Counted from the first letter of the stretch, positions 9,323-18,710 are shown. The stretch is DNA of 32,000 bases from Nitrosopumilus maritimus SCM1 (GCF_000018465.1 NC_010085.1:450001-482000); one strand, 5' to 3'. Made by a program: numbers and translations. Notes: generated from the letters alone by a model not told the origin.

Positions 9323-10348
9323 ATGACCTCTATGGATGAATTAGACAAAGAACTTCTAAATGAAATCCAGTGGACATTTCCTCTTGTCACTAGACCATTT
9401 GATGCAATTGCAAAAAAATTCAATACTACTCCTGAAATTGTAAAAGAACGTCTTAATCAACTAAAAGAAATCGGTGTGTTGAGACAACTTAGTGCAATTT
9501 TTGATACTAGAAAACTGGGTTACACTAGTTCATTGGTTGCAATGGAGATTGAACATGACAAATTGGAATATGTTGCAAGTCAAATTAATCGTCACCCTGG
9601 TGTTAGTCATAACTATGAACGTGATCATCAATTCAATCTTTGGTTTACTTTGGCTGTTCCTCCTGGATCTGATTTGAAAACAGAACTTGATAAATTCAAT
9701 GTCTTAAAAGGAATCAAAAAAGTACGAATGCTTCCTACCTTACAGTTATTCAAAATTGGTGTAAAACTTGACATGGTTGATGAAAAAAAACATGATGTTG
9801 CTCCAACTGAAGAAAAGAAAGAAATCAAGAATGTAAAATTTGAACCAACTGAAGAAGACAAAGACTTCATCCGTGAATTACAAAAAGATATGGATGTTAT
9901 CGATGAACCCTTTGTCAAAGCTGCAAATAATCTTGGAATGACTGAAAATGAATTATTTGAAAAGATGAAACATTATGAAGAGATTGGTGTGATGAGAAGA
10001 TTTGCTGCTATCTTAAGACATAGACAAGTTGGATTTACTGCAAACGGAATGATTGTTTGGAAGGTACCTGAAGATAAGATTACTGATGTTGGAGCACAAC
10101 TAGGTGCATTTCCTCAAGTAAGTCATTGCTATGAGAGACCTACATACCCTGATTGGCCTTACAATGTCTTTTCTATGATTCATTGTAAAACCCATGATGA
10201 AGCAAATGAAATGGCAAAAACTATTCAGGATCAAATCCATGTTGATGACTACAGAATTCTCTTTAGTTCTCGTGAATTCAAAAAAACACGTGTTGAATAT
10301 TTTGTTGAGAATTCTTTCTCATTAGAAGAAACAGTTCCTGCTTCCTAA
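9323..10348 (+). CDS. Fused two-domain siroheme decarboxylase (AhbA/AhbB or NirD/L-like, Lrp/AsnC-type fold)
   Basis: Two tandem HTH plus ferredoxin-like halves: HPGVSHNYERDHQFNLWFTLAVP in half 1 and FPQVSHCYERPTYPDWPYNVFSMIHCKT in half 2, signatures of Ahb/Nir siroheme decarboxylases. Confidence 0.87.
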   Translation: MTSMDELDKELLNEIQWTFPLVTRPFDAIAKKFNTTPEIVKERLNQLKEIGVLRQLSAIFDTRKLGYTSSLVAMEIEHDKLEYVASQINRHPGVSHNYERDHQFNLWFTLAVPPGSDLKTELDKFNVLKGIKKVRMLPTLQLFKIGVKLDMVDEKKHDVAPTEEKKEIKNVKFEPTEEDKDFIRELQKDMDVIDEPFVKAANNLGMTENELFEKMKHYEEIGVMRRFAAILRHRQVGFTANGMIVWKVPEDKITDVGAQLGAFPQVSHCYERPTYPDWPYNVFSMIHCKTHDEANEMAKTIQDQIHVDDYRILFSSREFKKTRVEYFVENSFSLEETVPAS

Positions 10349-10683
10349 ATCTCATTTTCATCATGTCCTACGACATGAATTGTGCAAAAATACTGGTCAT
10401 TCATGTTACAGTAGAATGATGAATTTTTACCGCATTCTTTGCAAGGTGGTTTTTCATCATGTTCTGATAGTTTAGTATGGTAAATCTTACTTCTACTTGT
10501 GATTGCTGAATCCTTGTAAATTCTTGTCAGGTTGGTATAGTATTCTAATTCTCCTTGATTCAAAGGACCATCTTTTTTTATTTTTTTGATAATTACTTCC
10601 CATTTTTTATATTCGCCTATTTTGGCAAGCTTCATTCTTTCTATAACTTCTAGAGTTTTTTGAGAATCTATTGGAAAATCCAT
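10345..10683 (-). CDS. Small protein with C-terminal Cys/His cluster (putative zinc-binding)
   Basis: 112 aa ending CKECGKNSSFYCNMNDQYFCTIHVVGHDENEI. Confidence 0.65.
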   Translation of the reverse strand: MDFPIDSQKTLEVIERMKLAKIGEYKKWEVIIKKIKKDGPLNQGELEYYTNLTRIYKDSAITSRSKIYHTKLSEHDEKPPCKECGKNSSFYCNMNDQYFCTIHVVGHDENEI

Positions 10684-10690
10684 TTGTACA

Positions 10691-11689
10691 CTAGTTTACT
10701 TGTGGTGTTGCCTTTAGTTCGTATTCAGGCCATGTGTTGTACAAGTCATCAATTTCTTTCATATCTGAAGAACTCAAATATTTTCCATCAGAAATTGCTG
10801 CAAACATTTCAATCTCTTCTTCACTTACAACAGTTGGTAATACTGATGCAATTTTGTTTTTTGACAAGATGAATTTAATTGCAAATTCTGTAATGTTTAA
10901 TCCGTTTCTTTCTGCAATTGGTCTGAATTGTTCTACTTTTTCTAGTGCTGATTTTCTCCATTCTACTTTTCTATCTTTTCTGTGGTCATTTGCTGGAATT
11001 ACTGTATCTGCCTTTACTTTTCCAGTTAAAATCCCTGATGCGTCTGGAACTCTAACAAGAATTCCTACGTCTTGTTGCTCTGCTTTCTGAATTAACTCAT
11101 TACCTGGAGTTTGTTCTAAAATATTGTAAACTGTTTGAATTGATGATACACTTTTTCTATCCATTGCTTCTAGTCCTTCTTGAGTCCATCCAATTGCTGG
11201 ACCAAGTGCAACTTGGGCTGCTCTGATTTTTCCTTCATCCATTAATTCATCAATGGTGTTAAAGGTTTCATCATTTCTAACATGATGTAATTTTGGATTA
11301 TGCAATCCTAATGAATCAAGATAGTCTGTTTGTAATCTTTCTAAACATGCATCAACTGCTTTTCTTGTATATTCTGGACTGTAGTCCTGTGGTAATTCTG
11401 CATGTCCAATTTGTTCAACATCTGAAAAATCGTAACCATATTTTGTTGAAATTACTACCTCATCTCTCATTCCTTTGAATACTTCACCAATTAGTCTCTC
11501 ACTTTTCCCTTTACCATACATGTCTGCTGTTTCAAAATAATTAATTCCCAAATCATATGCTTTTTTTAGCATTCTTTTTGCTTCATCTTCTTCAACTTTC
11601 TTTCCCCACCAATCTAATGCAATACTCCATGCACCAAAACCTATCTCTGAAACTTCGATTCCACTTTTGCCTAGTTTTTTGTATTTCAT
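10691..11689 (-). CDS. Aldo/keto reductase
   Basis: MKYKKLGKSGIEVSEIGFGAWSI...GINYFETADMYGKGKSERLIGEVFKG...DYLDSLGLHNP...PTVVSEEEIEMF. Confidence 0.95.
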   Translation of the reverse strand: MKYKKLGKSGIEVSEIGFGAWSIALDWWGKKVEEDEAKRMLKKAYDLGINYFETADMYGKGKSERLIGEVFKGMRDEVVISTKYGYDFSDVEQIGHAELPQDYSPEYTRKAVDACLERLQTDYLDSLGLHNPKLHHVRNDETFNTIDELMDEGKIRAAQVALGPAIGWTQEGLEAMDRKSVSSIQTVYNILEQTPGNELIQKAEQQDVGILVRVPDASGILTGKVKADTVIPANDHRKDRKVEWRKSALEKVEQFRPIAERNGLNITEFAIKFILSKNKIASVLPTVVSEEEIEMFAAISDGKYLSSSDMKEIDDLYNTWPEYELKATPQVN

Positions 11690-11764
11690 CTTTTACACCT
11701 TGATTTTAAGAGATATTTGAAATTTCTTCATTTATGTTTATCCGCAATTTGCACCTTTGAAATT

Positions 11765-12442
11765 CTAACCTAGACTGGAAATTAATGGCACAATGTCCTT
11801 TTTGATACATACAATCATAGGAATGTCATTTTTTACGTATGTTGAAACTTGAGTTTCTCTCAAATCCATTATCAAATCTTGAAAGTCTCTAACATTGTCT
11901 ACCTCAAATGCTAGCATGAAATCTTCATCATGTATTCCAAAAGAGTATGTTGTGTTTAGAATTACTTGTGGGTATTTTTTACTCACTTCAATATGTTCAT
12001 CCATTATCTCTTGTCTTTTTTCTTGAGGTAAGAGATACCATTCACGAGTTTTTGTAAATGGATAAACTATGACGTGTTTCTTTGGATCCATTCCTGTAAC
12101 GAATCCATGTTCTTTCCCTTGTCCTTTAACATAGATTGATGGTCTTGAACATGATAGATATGTCCTAGATGGAATGATGTATTTTCCAAAAACTGTTTTG
12201 TATAATTTTTCTATCGCCTTTTGAATTTCTTCTAATGAACTTCCAACAAACCATAATAGAAAGTCTGCATCATCTCTTAATCCTAAATTAGAATATGCTC
12301 TGTATTTTATTCCTGAATTTTTTAAAATATTTTCAACTTCTTTTGCAGATTCTTCTTTTGCCAAATCTGCCATCCATCTCCATTTAGGATCAACTTTGAA
12401 AAATGAGAAATTGAAATAATATTGTTCATTATCTTCTGACAT
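11765..12442 (-). CDS. Chlorite dismutase-family / HemQ-like heme protein
   Basis: MDPKKHVIVYPFTKTREWYLLPQEKRQEIMDEHIEVSKKYPQVILNTTYSFGIHDEDFMLAFEVDNVRDFQDLIMDLRETQVSTYV matches the Cld/HemQ family pattern. Confidence 0.9.
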   Translation of the reverse strand: MSEDNEQYYFNFSFFKVDPKWRWMADLAKEESAKEVENILKNSGIKYRAYSNLGLRDDADFLLWFVGSSLEEIQKAIEKLYKTVFGKYIIPSRTYLSCSRPSIYVKGQGKEHGFVTGMDPKKHVIVYPFTKTREWYLLPQEKRQEIMDEHIEVSKKYPQVILNTTYSFGIHDEDFMLAFEVDNVRDFQDLIMDLRETQVSTYVKNDIPMIVCIKKDIVPLISSLG

Positions 12443-12513
12443 GTTCTGTACAATTTGAAAACCCTATTTAAACAAAAACTAGATTTTCTGTTGTGAAATT
12501 TCTAAAATTTGAT

Positions 12514-13284
12514 TTATGCAGTTTGTTCTAAAACCCAATCATATCCTTCTGATTCGAGTTTGTCTGCAAGAGATGCATCTCCTGTTTTGAGAACTTGACC
12601 TCTTGCAAATACGTGAACATAATCAAGTTTGTCTAAGAATTTTAGAATTCTTGCATAGTGTGTAATGACAATTACTGTTGCATCTTTACCTGAAACTTGA
12701 CTGATTGCTTTTGCAACTGCTTGAACTGCGTCAATATCTAAACCAGAATCTGGTTCATCTAAAATTGAAATTTTTGGTTTTAATACTGCCATCTGTAAAA
12801 CTTCTGCTCTCTTTTTTTCTCCTCCAGAGAAACCCTCGTTAAGGTATCTTGAAAGGAACTCTTCTTTTAGTCCAACTTTTTCTAGATTTTCTTTAAGATA
12901 TTTTTGAAATTCTCTTACTGTGATGAACACTTCTCTATCATCACCTTCAAGTGCTTTACTTAGAGAATTGTAAGCTGTTCTAAGAAAGTGAGAGAAACCT
13001 ACACCAGAAACTTCTGTTGGGTATTGGAATCCTAAGAATAATCCTTTCTTTGCTCTTTCATCTGCAGTTAATTCTAAAATGCTCTCACCATCTAACAAAA
13101 TATCTCCTTGTGTAACTTCGTATTTTGGATGTGCAAGTAATGTGTAAGCTAGCGTACTTTTTCCTGAACCGTTAGGTCCCATAATGGCATGAACTTCTCC
13201 AGGACCTGTTTTCAAATTAACTCCTTTGAGTATTTCTTTTCCTTCTCTTGTTACATGAAGGTCTTTAATCTCAAGAACTGCCAT
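12514..13284 (-). CDS. sufC: Fe-S cluster assembly ATPase SufC
   Basis: ABC ATPase: Walker A GPNGSGKST, FLGFQYPTEVSGV, signature FSGGEKKRAEVLQM, DEPDSGLDIDAV. Confidence 0.97.
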   Translation of the reverse strand: MAVLEIKDLHVTREGKEILKGVNLKTGPGEVHAIMGPNGSGKSTLAYTLLAHPKYEVTQGDILLDGESILELTADERAKKGLFLGFQYPTEVSGVGFSHFLRTAYNSLSKALEGDDREVFITVREFQKYLKENLEKVGLKEEFLSRYLNEGFSGGEKKRAEVLQMAVLKPKISILDEPDSGLDIDAVQAVAKAISQVSGKDATVIVITHYARILKFLDKLDYVHVFARGQVLKTGDASLADKLESEGYDWVLEQTA

Positions 13285-13381
13285 GTTGCAAAATGTTTTG
13301 TTTCTATATATAATACAGACGAAATTTAGCTGATCCTAACGTGTGTTTTTGATAATAAAATGAAAAGAGGGGGGGGGGGTG

Positions 13382-14338
13382 TTAATATTTGGCCAGAGAT
13401 GGTCTCAAAGTAATTTTGAGTTTGTAATTTGTTAGAATCTCTTTACATCTATTTCTGATAGTAACTTCAGTTACTCCTGCAATGCTTGAAACGTCTCTTT
13501 GGAGTACGTTTTGACCAAGCAGGACTGATGACACATACAGGTATGCTGCAGCAATTCCATTTGGAGCCTTTCCATCAGCAATACTACTGTCTTTTGTTTT
13601 TTCTGCAATTTCCAAGGCTAGTCTCTCTACTCTAACCTCAGTTTGTGTCATGTTTGCTATCTTTGAGATGTATTTGTCCATAGTTACTACTGGAGCAGTT
13701 AGTTGTCCCATTTCCATAACCATGGTTCTGTAGTATCTTGCTGCAAGTTTTGTTTTTGATTTTACGTCTTTTGGTGGACAAATTCCACGAATAATTTCTT
13801 CTAGTGATCTTACTACATCACATTGTTTGCATGCCATGTAAATTGTAGCTGCTGTAATGCTTACTACTGATTTTCCCTTCACATCAACATGTCCGTCCAA
13901 GTTTCTGTATATCATAGAAGCAGTCTCCAACACATTTTTTGAAAGACCTAGACCGTCACATGTTTCTCCCATTTTTGTTAAAACATTTGCAAGTCGTCTC
14001 TCTTTTGGTGAGGATACTCTTACTCTTTGTTGCCACTTTCTGAGATTGTGCATTTGGTTTGCAACTTCGTGGTTGATTGTTTTTCCACTAAAGTCCTTTG
14101 TACTAATTGCTATCTCAGTCGTAATTCCCAAATCGTGTTGGGAATATGTTGTTTGTCCGGTTGCTCTTGCTAATTTCATCTTGTCTTCAAGATTCGAACT
14201 AATTGTTTCTGGACCATAATCTGCTACTTGATCTGCGACTACTACACCGCAACCAGAGCAGATTAATTCACCATTCTGCATGTCATTAACTACTGTTGCT
14301 TGACATTCAGGACAGTTTTGTTCTTCTAGTGCGTTCAT
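13382..14338 (-). CDS. tfb: Archaeal transcription initiation factor B (TFIIB homologue)
   Basis: N-terminal zinc ribbon CPECQATVVNDMQNGELICSGCGVVV followed by two cyclin-like repeats (IYMACKQCDVVRSLEEI; AYLYVSSVLLGQNVLQRDVSSIAGVTEVTIRNRCKEI). Confidence 0.97.
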   Translation of the reverse strand: MNALEEQNCPECQATVVNDMQNGELICSGCGVVVADQVADYGPETISSNLEDKMKLARATGQTTYSQHDLGITTEIAISTKDFSGKTINHEVANQMHNLRKWQQRVRVSSPKERRLANVLTKMGETCDGLGLSKNVLETASMIYRNLDGHVDVKGKSVVSITAATIYMACKQCDVVRSLEEIIRGICPPKDVKSKTKLAARYYRTMVMEMGQLTAPVVTMDKYISKIANMTQTEVRVERLALEIAEKTKDSSIADGKAPNGIAAAYLYVSSVLLGQNVLQRDVSSIAGVTEVTIRNRCKEILTNYKLKITLRPSLAKY

Positions 14339-14604
14339 TTTTTTCTTCTCCTAAATTTTTTCTTTGAATTGTCAGGAGAATGTTCTGTTGCGAAAACACT
14401 TTTGCCAATGTATCTTTTGATGTTGTTTGTTAACGGAGTTGCGGATGCAAATGGTCTCCTTACTGGACCAATTAATTCCATTACTTTCGCAACTCTAGTT
14501 CCCTTCTCGTCGCAGAGTATTTGTCCTTCAACCAATTTGTTAGATAGTTGAATGATTACCCTACCACTACCGGCTAGGTGCATTATTTCGCCTACCTCCT
14601 GCAA
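14335..14604 (-). CDS. gar1: H/ACA RNP component Gar1
   Basis: GRVIIQLSNKLVEGQILCDEKGTRVAKVMELIGPVRRPFASATPLTNNIKRYIGKSVF; Gar1 beta-barrel pattern. Overlaps the TFB start; real start may be the internal ATG (MHLAGSG...). Confidence 0.87.
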   Translation of the reverse strand: MQEVGEIMHLAGSGRVIIQLSNKLVEGQILCDEKGTRVAKVMELIGPVRRPFASATPLTNNIKRYIGKSVFATEHSPDNSKKKFRRRKK

Positions 14605-14678
14605 TTAAAAACACTAATCATGATATTCTTATCATAGACTTCTGTCAACTTTACTTTAGCTAAGAGCTAGATTTGATT

Positions 14679-14978
14679 TTATTTTGATTGTTTGGACCTT
14701 TTTGCAACAAGTTTTTCGGAAATTTTGTTAAGAATTTTTGTCTTGGAGGATCCTTTTGGCAAAACAACATACCCTGACCTAACAAATGGTCTTTTTGGAA
14801 ATCTTACTTTGTCATCTGATTCTGTAATTTCAAATCCTGCAGCTTTTGCAGCATCTGTCAATTCTTTTAATGAAGGATCGAAAACACATTTTTCTAATCC
14901 TAGTCTTCTACCTTTTGATTTTTTTAAATTCTTGTTGAAATAATCCAACCAGATTACGATGTGTTCGTAATCTTTCAT
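14679..14978 (-). CDS. srp19: Signal recognition particle protein SRP19
   Basis: IVIWLDYFNKNLKKSKGRRLGLEKCVFDPSLKELTDAAKAAGF...SGYVVLPKGSSKTKILNKISEKL. Confidence 0.92.
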   Translation of the reverse strand: MKDYEHIVIWLDYFNKNLKKSKGRRLGLEKCVFDPSLKELTDAAKAAGFEITESDDKVRFPKRPFVRSGYVVLPKGSSKTKILNKISEKLVAKRSKQSK

Positions 14979-14979
14979 T

Positions 14980-15363
14980 TTATTCCTTTACTAAAATTGC
15001 GTTAACGATTCCGTTTTGTCCTGGTTTAGAAACTACTTTGCATTTACCTTCTTGTGTTTCTAGTATTGCACCTTTTGTAATAATGCCACGTCTTTTGTAA
15101 TCATTGTTTGTTGTATTGTCTAACACTTTGAGAATTTTTGCTTTCTTTACTTTTGCATCTCCTGTTGCAAGATTAACAAAATCAATTGTCTTAACAGCTG
15201 TCTTTCTATTCTTTCCACGAACTGTTCTTGTTACTGTAACTTGAGCTCCTGTTACTGCTTCATTTGGATATCTATCAGTTTCATACTTTCTTCTAATTCT
15301 AAGTGGATGTCTTCTTCCTCCAGTTGTTTTACTGGTTGCTAAATTTTCTACTGATTTTCTCAC
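14980..15363 (-). CDS. rps8e: Ribosomal protein eS8
   Basis: SKTTGGRRHPLRIRRKYETDRYPNEAVTG...VRGKNRKTAVKTIDFVNLATGDAKVKKAKILKVLDN...RRGIITKGAILETQEGKCKVVSKPGQNGIVNAILV. Confidence 0.97.
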   Translation of the reverse strand: MRKSVENLATSKTTGGRRHPLRIRRKYETDRYPNEAVTGAQVTVTRTVRGKNRKTAVKTIDFVNLATGDAKVKKAKILKVLDNTTNNDYKRRGIITKGAILETQEGKCKVVSKPGQNGIVNAILVKE

Positions 15364-15431
15364 GAAAACTGGTCCAAATTACTCTAATTTATACAAAACG
15401 CAAAAAATTAGGCTTAAAGTAAAAAATTGAC

Positions 15432-16010
15432 TTAGTTTACTTCTGTTACAATTTGAGGTGCAGGAGTTGTCTGTCTTGCACTTGCTGTTTTCCTTACTTT
15501 TGAGAATAATCTCTGTTTTAGATCTTCTACATCTCCTTGTATTCCAAAATATTTTTGGAACTTTTCTGTTGTGGTGTAAATTTTGATTCTTCCAACATTT
15601 TGATGAGTAATGTAATCTAATTGTCTGAGTTCTTTCAAATGTGCATAAACTCCGGATCCTCTTACTTCTACAAGTTGTTTTGATGATATTGGTTGTTGAT
15701 ATGCAATGTATGATAATGTCTTAAGAGTGGCATTTGGAAGAACTGGTTTTGATGCGTATTTCTTGACTGTAGCACTATATTCTGGTTTGAGTTGCATGAC
15801 ATAGGAACCGTCTGGAAGTATGACTACTTCTAATGCTTTGAATGCAGATTTTGTCTTTTTCATAATGTTTTGGAGAATATCTAGCGTCTTTGTTCTTGAT
15901 TCTGTGCCTGAGGCTCTGACTATGTCTTCTATTCGGAGTGGTCTACCTGCTGAATAAAGTGCAGCCTCTACTCTTGCTGTTGCTTCATCTATATTCTCAA
16001 TTTTGGCCAA
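15432..16010 (-). CDS. scpB: Segregation and condensation protein ScpB
   Basis: ATARVEAALYSAGRPLRIEDIVRASG...ATLKTLSYIAYQQPISSKQLVEVRGSGVYAHLKELRQLDYI...TTEKFQKYFGI. Confidence 0.9.
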   Translation of the reverse strand: MAKIENIDEATARVEAALYSAGRPLRIEDIVRASGTESRTKTLDILQNIMKKTKSAFKALEVVILPDGSYVMQLKPEYSATVKKYASKPVLPNATLKTLSYIAYQQPISSKQLVEVRGSGVYAHLKELRQLDYITHQNVGRIKIYTTTEKFQKYFGIQGDVEDLKQRLFSKVRKTASARQTTPAPQIVTEVN

Positions 16011-16064
16011 TTATTCGTTCATCCCTCCAAAATATAGTTAAAGAAATCCTTTCTTCATTTTTGA

Positions 16065-16742
16065 TCAGTTTGTTAATTCTTCTTTTATGGCTGTGATTTT
16101 GATATCGTCTTCAACTTGTTCCAAATCTACTTTTTGGTCTCTTGCCAAAAACAATATTGCAAAGAAACATCTAATTGAATCAACTGGATCTAATTCTGCA
16201 ATGATATCTTGTAGTAATCCATGACCTGTATTAGCAATTTTCTTCATAACCAAGTCTTCATACTTTCCAATAATACTTTCAAGTGAAATGAAGTACTCCT
16301 GAAAGTCTGGTGCTTCAATTGGTTCTATCTCTACTTGTCTATTTCTTCTTGATTGAGGATTTGCAATTGTTCCAATAAGGTTTTGAAGCAATCCTAACAA
16401 ATCGTCTAGTGAAACTGGATATGTAGATTCATGTCTGTATGGCATATCAATTAAATCAATATCAACATCTGTCCTTTGATGCATTGGTTTTTTCTGCATT
16501 GCTGCTCGTTGTAATGCGAAAATACTTTCTACTTTCATTCTATAAATTAATGAAGATGACAATGCAGCCATTCCTGCTACTTTGAGGTCTTTCTTACCTG
16601 ATTTTTCAAGAATTTTTATCAATAAATTCAAAATTTGGATTAAATCAATCTCCCAGACGTCTTTTTTGACAACTGACTGAGGACTAAATAGAATGTTTAC
16701 TGGTTCTTGAGAAATACTGTTGGGTGTAGGTGACTCACTCAC
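16065..16742 (-). CDS. scpA: Segregation and condensation protein ScpA
   Basis: WEIDLIQILNLLIKILEKSGKKDLKVAGMAALSSSLIYRMKVE...SIRCFFAILFLARDQKVDLEQVEDDIKI; adjacent to scpB. Confidence 0.85.
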   Translation of the reverse strand: MSESPTPNSISQEPVNILFSPQSVVKKDVWEIDLIQILNLLIKILEKSGKKDLKVAGMAALSSSLIYRMKVESIFALQRAAMQKKPMHQRTDVDIDLIDMPYRHESTYPVSLDDLLGLLQNLIGTIANPQSRRNRQVEIEPIEAPDFQEYFISLESIIGKYEDLVMKKIANTGHGLLQDIIAELDPVDSIRCFFAILFLARDQKVDLEQVEDDIKITAIKEELTN

Positions 16743-16836
16743 ACGAATATTTTCTTCCTATTCAATAATATCTAAGGGCTCTATTTTTTTCTCATATCCA
16801 GTCAACTCTTATATTGTTAGTACCAAAAGCAAATTT

Positions 16837-17889
16837 ATGAAATCCGCCAAAATCCCAGGTCCAAATGAACCTCTAACAATATCTGAAACTGAAAACCCAA
16901 AACCATCTGGAACCCAGGTATTACTTAAAGTAAAATCTGAAGGTGTCTGTCATAGTGATTTGCATCTGTGGGAAGGTGGATATGACCTTGGAGATGGTCA
17001 ATTTTTGAAAGTAACTGATCGTGGTGTAAAATACCCTGTAACGCCTGGACATGAAATTGTTGGAACTATTGAAGAGATTGGAGAAAATGTTTCAAATGTA
17101 ACTGTAGGTGATGATGTTCTAGTTTTTCCTTGGATGGGCTGTGGTGAATGCCCTGCATGTAAAGTTGGTAATGAAAATCTATGTGATGCTCCAAAATCGA
17201 TGGGGCTTTTCCAAAATGGTGGTTATGCTGATTATGTTTTAGTTCCGAATTCTAAATATTTAGCAAAACTTGATGGTGTTGATCCTGATGCTGCAACTTC
17301 ACTTGCATGTTCTGGATTAACTGCATACACTGCTATCAAAAAAGCAAATCAAAATTCTCCAGAATTCATTGTAATTGTAGGAGCTGGTGGATTGGGATTG
17401 ATGGGAGTTCAAATTGCTAGTGAGATTACTAATGCAAAAATCATTTGTGTTGATTTAGATGATGCAAAATTAGCAACGGCAAAAGAAATGGGTGCTCATT
17501 TTACTGTAAATTCTAAAGATTCTGAAACTGTTCAAAAAATAATGTCAATATGTAATGATAAGGGTGCAGATAGTGTTGTTGACTTTGTTAATGCTCCACC
17601 AACTGTAAAGACTGGCTTAGCAGTGTTAAGAAAAAGAGGAAATCTTGTTCTAGTTGGATTATTTGGTGGCTCACTAGAATTGTCTCTCGTTACAATTCCT
17701 CTAAAATCAATTACCATTCAAGGTGCATACACTGGAAATTACAATGACATGGTTGAACTACTTGGACTTGCAAGAAAAGGAACCATAAACCCAGTTATTT
17801 CAAAAAGATATTCTCTTGATGAAGCAAATTCTGCATTACAGGATCTTAAAGATCGTAAAATCCTTGGACGTGCAGTCATCAATCCATGA
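16837..17889 (+). CDS. Zinc-dependent alcohol dehydrogenase family protein (MDR)
   Basis: MKSAKIPGPNEPLTISE...GVCHSDLHLWEGGYD...PVTPGHEIVGTIEEIGENV...GDDVLVFPWMGCGECPACKVGNENLC...GAGGLGLMGVQIA. The ATG at 16837 fits the family; the 16720 start adds an implausible extension. Confidence 0.95.
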   Translation: MKSAKIPGPNEPLTISETENPKPSGTQVLLKVKSEGVCHSDLHLWEGGYDLGDGQFLKVTDRGVKYPVTPGHEIVGTIEEIGENVSNVTVGDDVLVFPWMGCGECPACKVGNENLCDAPKSMGLFQNGGYADYVLVPNSKYLAKLDGVDPDAATSLACSGLTAYTAIKKANQNSPEFIVIVGAGGLGLMGVQIASEITNAKIICVDLDDAKLATAKEMGAHFTVNSKDSETVQKIMSICNDKGADSVVDFVNAPPTVKTGLAVLRKRGNLVLVGLFGGSLELSLVTIPLKSITIQGAYTGNYNDMVELLGLARKGTINPVISKRYSLDEANSALQDLKDRKILGRAVINP

Positions 17890-18647
17890 TGAGATTAGGC
17901 ATTGTTGATTATATCAACATGCTTCCTGTAGTATATGGTTTAGAAAAGAATAAGGTAAAATTTGATGGAAAAATAATTAGAGATGTTCCAACCAATCTTA
18001 ACTCTAGTTTATCACAAGGAATTATTGATGTTGGTTTTATCTCCTCTATAGAATATGCACGTGGTGATTACAATTTACTTCCTTATTGTATAAGTTCAAA
18101 AAAAACTGTAATGAGTGTTGTATTGGTTTCAAAAGTTCCATTTGAAGAAATTAAATCAATTCAACTTTCAACAGAAGCTGCTACCTCTGTTATACTACTT
18201 AAAATCTTGATGCGTTATGCATACAAACAAAAAGTAAGTTATGGAAAAAATGGAGATGCTGAACTTCTGATAGGAGACCAAGCCTTGAAAAAATTAATCA
18301 AAAAACCAAAACATGTTCTTGATTTGGGTAAAGCATGGAATACTTTCTCAAACAAAAACATGGTGTTTGGTGTTTTGGCATCAAGAAAAAATCTTCCTCA
18401 AAAGAAAATTGAGACTCTTTTAGATTCTATTCATTTATCATATCAATGGGGTCAGGATAATCTGAATGAAATTATAGATTATGCTGCCGAAAAAACTAAT
18501 CTTGACAAAAAAATCATCTCGCAGTATTTTGCTGGCTTGTCTTATTCTATAGGAATTAAAGAAATATCTAGTTTAAAGGAATTTTACACATATTCTAAGA
18601 AAATAAATGCAATTACAGAAATCCCTTGTCTAGACATTTACAAATAG
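17886..18647 (+). CDS. MqnA-like (chorismate dehydratase / menaquinone futalosine pathway family)
   Basis: RLGIVDYINMLPVVYGLE...PTNLNSSLSQGIIDVGFISSIEYARG...LLPYCISS...LLIGDQAL...VLDLGKAWNTFSNKNMVFGVLASRK, MqnA/MqnD family architecture. Confidence 0.85.
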   Translation: MMRLGIVDYINMLPVVYGLEKNKVKFDGKIIRDVPTNLNSSLSQGIIDVGFISSIEYARGDYNLLPYCISSKKTVMSVVLVSKVPFEEIKSIQLSTEAATSVILLKILMRYAYKQKVSYGKNGDAELLIGDQALKKLIKKPKHVLDLGKAWNTFSNKNMVFGVLASRKNLPQKKIETLLDSIHLSYQWGQDNLNEIIDYAAEKTNLDKKIISQYFAGLSYSIGIKEISSLKEFYTYSKKINAITEIPCLDIYK

Positions 18648-18710
18648 CATTTAATTATGAACTTGTGTCTATCTATTAACTAATCTAGTTTCTATTATCT
18701 CAAAAATTAA

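Noticed and set aside
10734-11090. Plus-strand ORF of 118 aa
   Set aside because: Antisense to the aldo/keto reductase gene.
13857-14219. Plus-strand ORF of 120 aa
   Set aside because: Antisense to TFB, whose frame is unambiguous.
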